Notes under the pieces: model-generated
Told to the model about the DNA's origin: nothing
What the model saw: only the letters and a program-made list of their open reading frames with translations
Databases searched by the model: none
Program-made: the position numbers and the translations under genes
Part shown: positions 62,593 through 64,000 of the stretch, one piece after another
Layout of the letters: each line of letters opens with the position of its first letter
Position numbering within the stretch: the first letter of the stretch is position 1
Source: Coleofasciculus sp. B1-GNL1-01
GTDB taxonomy: Bacteria > Cyanobacteriota > Cyanobacteriia > Cyanobacteriales > Coleofasciculaceae
Assembly (NCBI GenBank): GCA_040220235.1
Contig: JAVJTO010000006.1
Reading direction: 5' to 3' (one strand)
Length of the DNA: 64,000 nt

Positions 62593-63642
62593 CTAAAGAC
62601 GTACCTGAGACAAATAGCTGCGAGGATCGAAATGACGGCTTGCCCGGATTTTTTCATAGTACTCCCGCTCAACTGGCGTGATATCTTTTGGTGTAGCGAT
62701 AACAATCCGCACCAGTTGATCACCGCGTCCACCTTTCGGTTGAGTCCAGCCTTTACCGCGCAATCGTAATGATTGACCTGAGCGAATCCCGGCTGGCACA
62801 TTGACACTCACTTTACCATCAGGAGTCGGCACCTCAATCGTGGCACCCAAGACTGCCTCATCGGGCATCACTGGCACTTCACACAAGAGGTTATCACCCT
62901 CGAACTGGAAAAAGGCATGAGGTTTCAGGTCTACGATTAAGTACAAATCACCCCGTTGCTGGTTGTATGGGCTCACTTGACCCTTACCTCGAACCCGAAT
63001 CCGACTTCCTGGTTTAGCACCGGGCGGAATCCGCACTTCGATGACTTCACTGCCCAAATTAATCCGTTTTTGCGTACCCCGGAAGGCGTCAGACCAACTC
63101 AATGTAATTGTAGCTTCCCGATCAGCTCCTGCTCCTGCTGCTTTGCCACTTTCATAGCCAGCGAAATCATTAAAGCCACCAAAGCCACTGGTAAAGTCAT
63201 TAAAGCCAGCACCCGTTGCACCGCCCGGAGTAGAGCGATAGGTGTACGTCCGACGACTTCCCGTCCCTCCTGAGGTTCCTGTAGCGGCTGTATTAAAGCG
63301 CCCTAGAAGTTCATTAATAAACTCGTCGAAACTACCGTATTGACCAAAATCAAAATTACCGAAATCAACATTAGCACCCCCAGTTCCAGGGTATCCACCA
63401 GCTCCGGCTTGCTTCCAGTACTGACCAAACTGATCGTATTTCTTGCGTTTTTCGGGGTCAGACAAGACTTCGTAGGCTTCGTTAACTTCTTTAAATCGAG
63501 CCTCGGCTTGTTTGTCACCCGGGTTCATGTCTGGGTGGTATTTCCGCGCCAGACGTCGAAAACTCTTTTTAATCTCATCAGCACTAGCCGTCTTGCTCAC
63601 TCCTAGGACGGCATAGTAGTCTTTAAAGTCAGTTGCAGCCAT
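62593..63642 (-). CDS. DnaJ-family (class B/CbpA-like) co-chaperone
   Basis: J domain with HPD, G/F-rich region, C-terminal domain and no zinc finger. Confidence 0.95.
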   Translation of the reverse strand: MAATDFKDYYAVLGVSKTASADEIKKSFRRLARKYHPDMNPGDKQAEARFKEVNEAYEVLSDPEKRKKYDQFGQYWKQAGAGGYPGTGGANVDFGNFDFGQYGSFDEFINELLGRFNTAATGTSGGTGSRRTYTYRSTPGGATGAGFNDFTSGFGGFNDFAGYESGKAAGAGADREATITLSWSDAFRGTQKRINLGSEVIEVRIPPGAKPGSRIRVRGKGQVSPYNQQRGDLYLIVDLKPHAFFQFEGDNLLCEVPVMPDEAVLGATIEVPTPDGKVSVNVPAGIRSGQSLRLRGKGWTQPKGGRGDQLVRIVIATPKDITPVEREYYEKIRASRHFDPRSYLSQVRL

Positions 63643-63824
63643 GAAGGGTTTCTCCTCTACTCCAAGGATTTGATCGATAAACTGGGCTAATAGGTCTCTA
63701 CCTCAAAGCTAGAGTAACAAACCCCAGCATGGGTTTAAGTTCGGATCTTTCTCACTCACGCGATCGCAATATCCACACCTGACGCTTCCAATAGACAAGC
63801 GGCGGTATTCTCCCCATCATCGCT

Positions 63825-63908
63825 TGTCTCGTGAGACCCCGCATTCAGCGAAGCAATGCGGGGAGGGATAGAGGTCAAACCTTACCACTCGATGTGGTAA
63901 GGTTTGAC
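63825..63908. mobile_element. Probable IS200/IS605-type end: paired hairpins
   Basis: CCCCGCATT-n9-AATGCGGGG (63837-63863) and perfect 15-bp arms GTCAAACCTTACCAC/GTGGTAAGGTTTGAC (63874-63908). Confidence 0.55.
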
Positions 63909-64000
63909 AATCCAACTGTTGATACCAATCCGGTATTTCGCTGCAACAACTGGACTTTTTTGGCGGTAAATTGTCCCAACCGTTTCCAGTTAGCATCACT
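63875..64000 (-). CDS. C-terminus of an RRXRR-domain (IscB/IsrB-related) protein, partial
   Basis: The minus frame from 64000 reads SDANWKRLGQFTAKKVQLLQRNTGLVSTVGLSNLTTSSGKV*. From recall, this matches the tail of cyanobacterial RRXRR proteins. Confidence 0.65.
   Translation of the reverse strand, partial: SDANWKRLGQFTAKKVQLLQRNTGLVSTVGLSNLTTSSGKV

Noticed and set aside
63750..63825. Possible 3' remnant of a gene interrupted by the IS-like element
   Set aside because: Short open frames exist on the minus strand, but none is recognisable; insufficient support.
63817..63999. Track ORF MMLTGNGWDN...
   Set aside because: Alternative frame; the frame ending at 63875 gives a recognisable RRXRR-protein tail.

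Overview
Chromosomal window from a cyanobacterium. Evidence: psaK, dense HIP1 octamers (GCGATCGC), heptamer STRR arrays and cyanobacteriochrome-type GAF domains. The repeat repertoire suggests a filamentous Coleofasciculus/Microcoleus-like strain (inference). Housekeeping genes include dnaG, yraN, map, trpF, psaK, a P450, ldhA, a glycogen debranching enzyme, peroxiredoxins and a dnaJ-like gene. There are two large accessory loci. (1) 18.1-33.3 kb: a chemosensory cluster cheA-cheW-soluble MCP-cheB-cheR, atypical for cyanobacteria, divergent from cheY-cheC and two kinases that share a paralogous N-terminal PAS domain. (2) 33.4-49.4 kb: a co-directional cluster encoding a DUF11/SdrD-like protein, a 1377-aa predicted outer-membrane barrel protein with a SprA-like motif, an OmpA-domain beta-helix protein plus a truncated duplicate, and two large acidic DUF11 proteins with a shared ~170-aa C-terminal domain. 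This second locus is the best candidate for an undescribed dedicated secretion/surface-display system. Other observations: an Rpn-like nuclease with a strong internal start (possible intragenic antitoxin), the 3' end of an RRXRR/IscB-IsrB-like IS200/IS605 element at the right edge (missed by the ORF track), a 32-codon gene remnant, and several intergenic repeat families that have entered coding sequences in frame. All family assignments come from motif recognition; no database searches were run.
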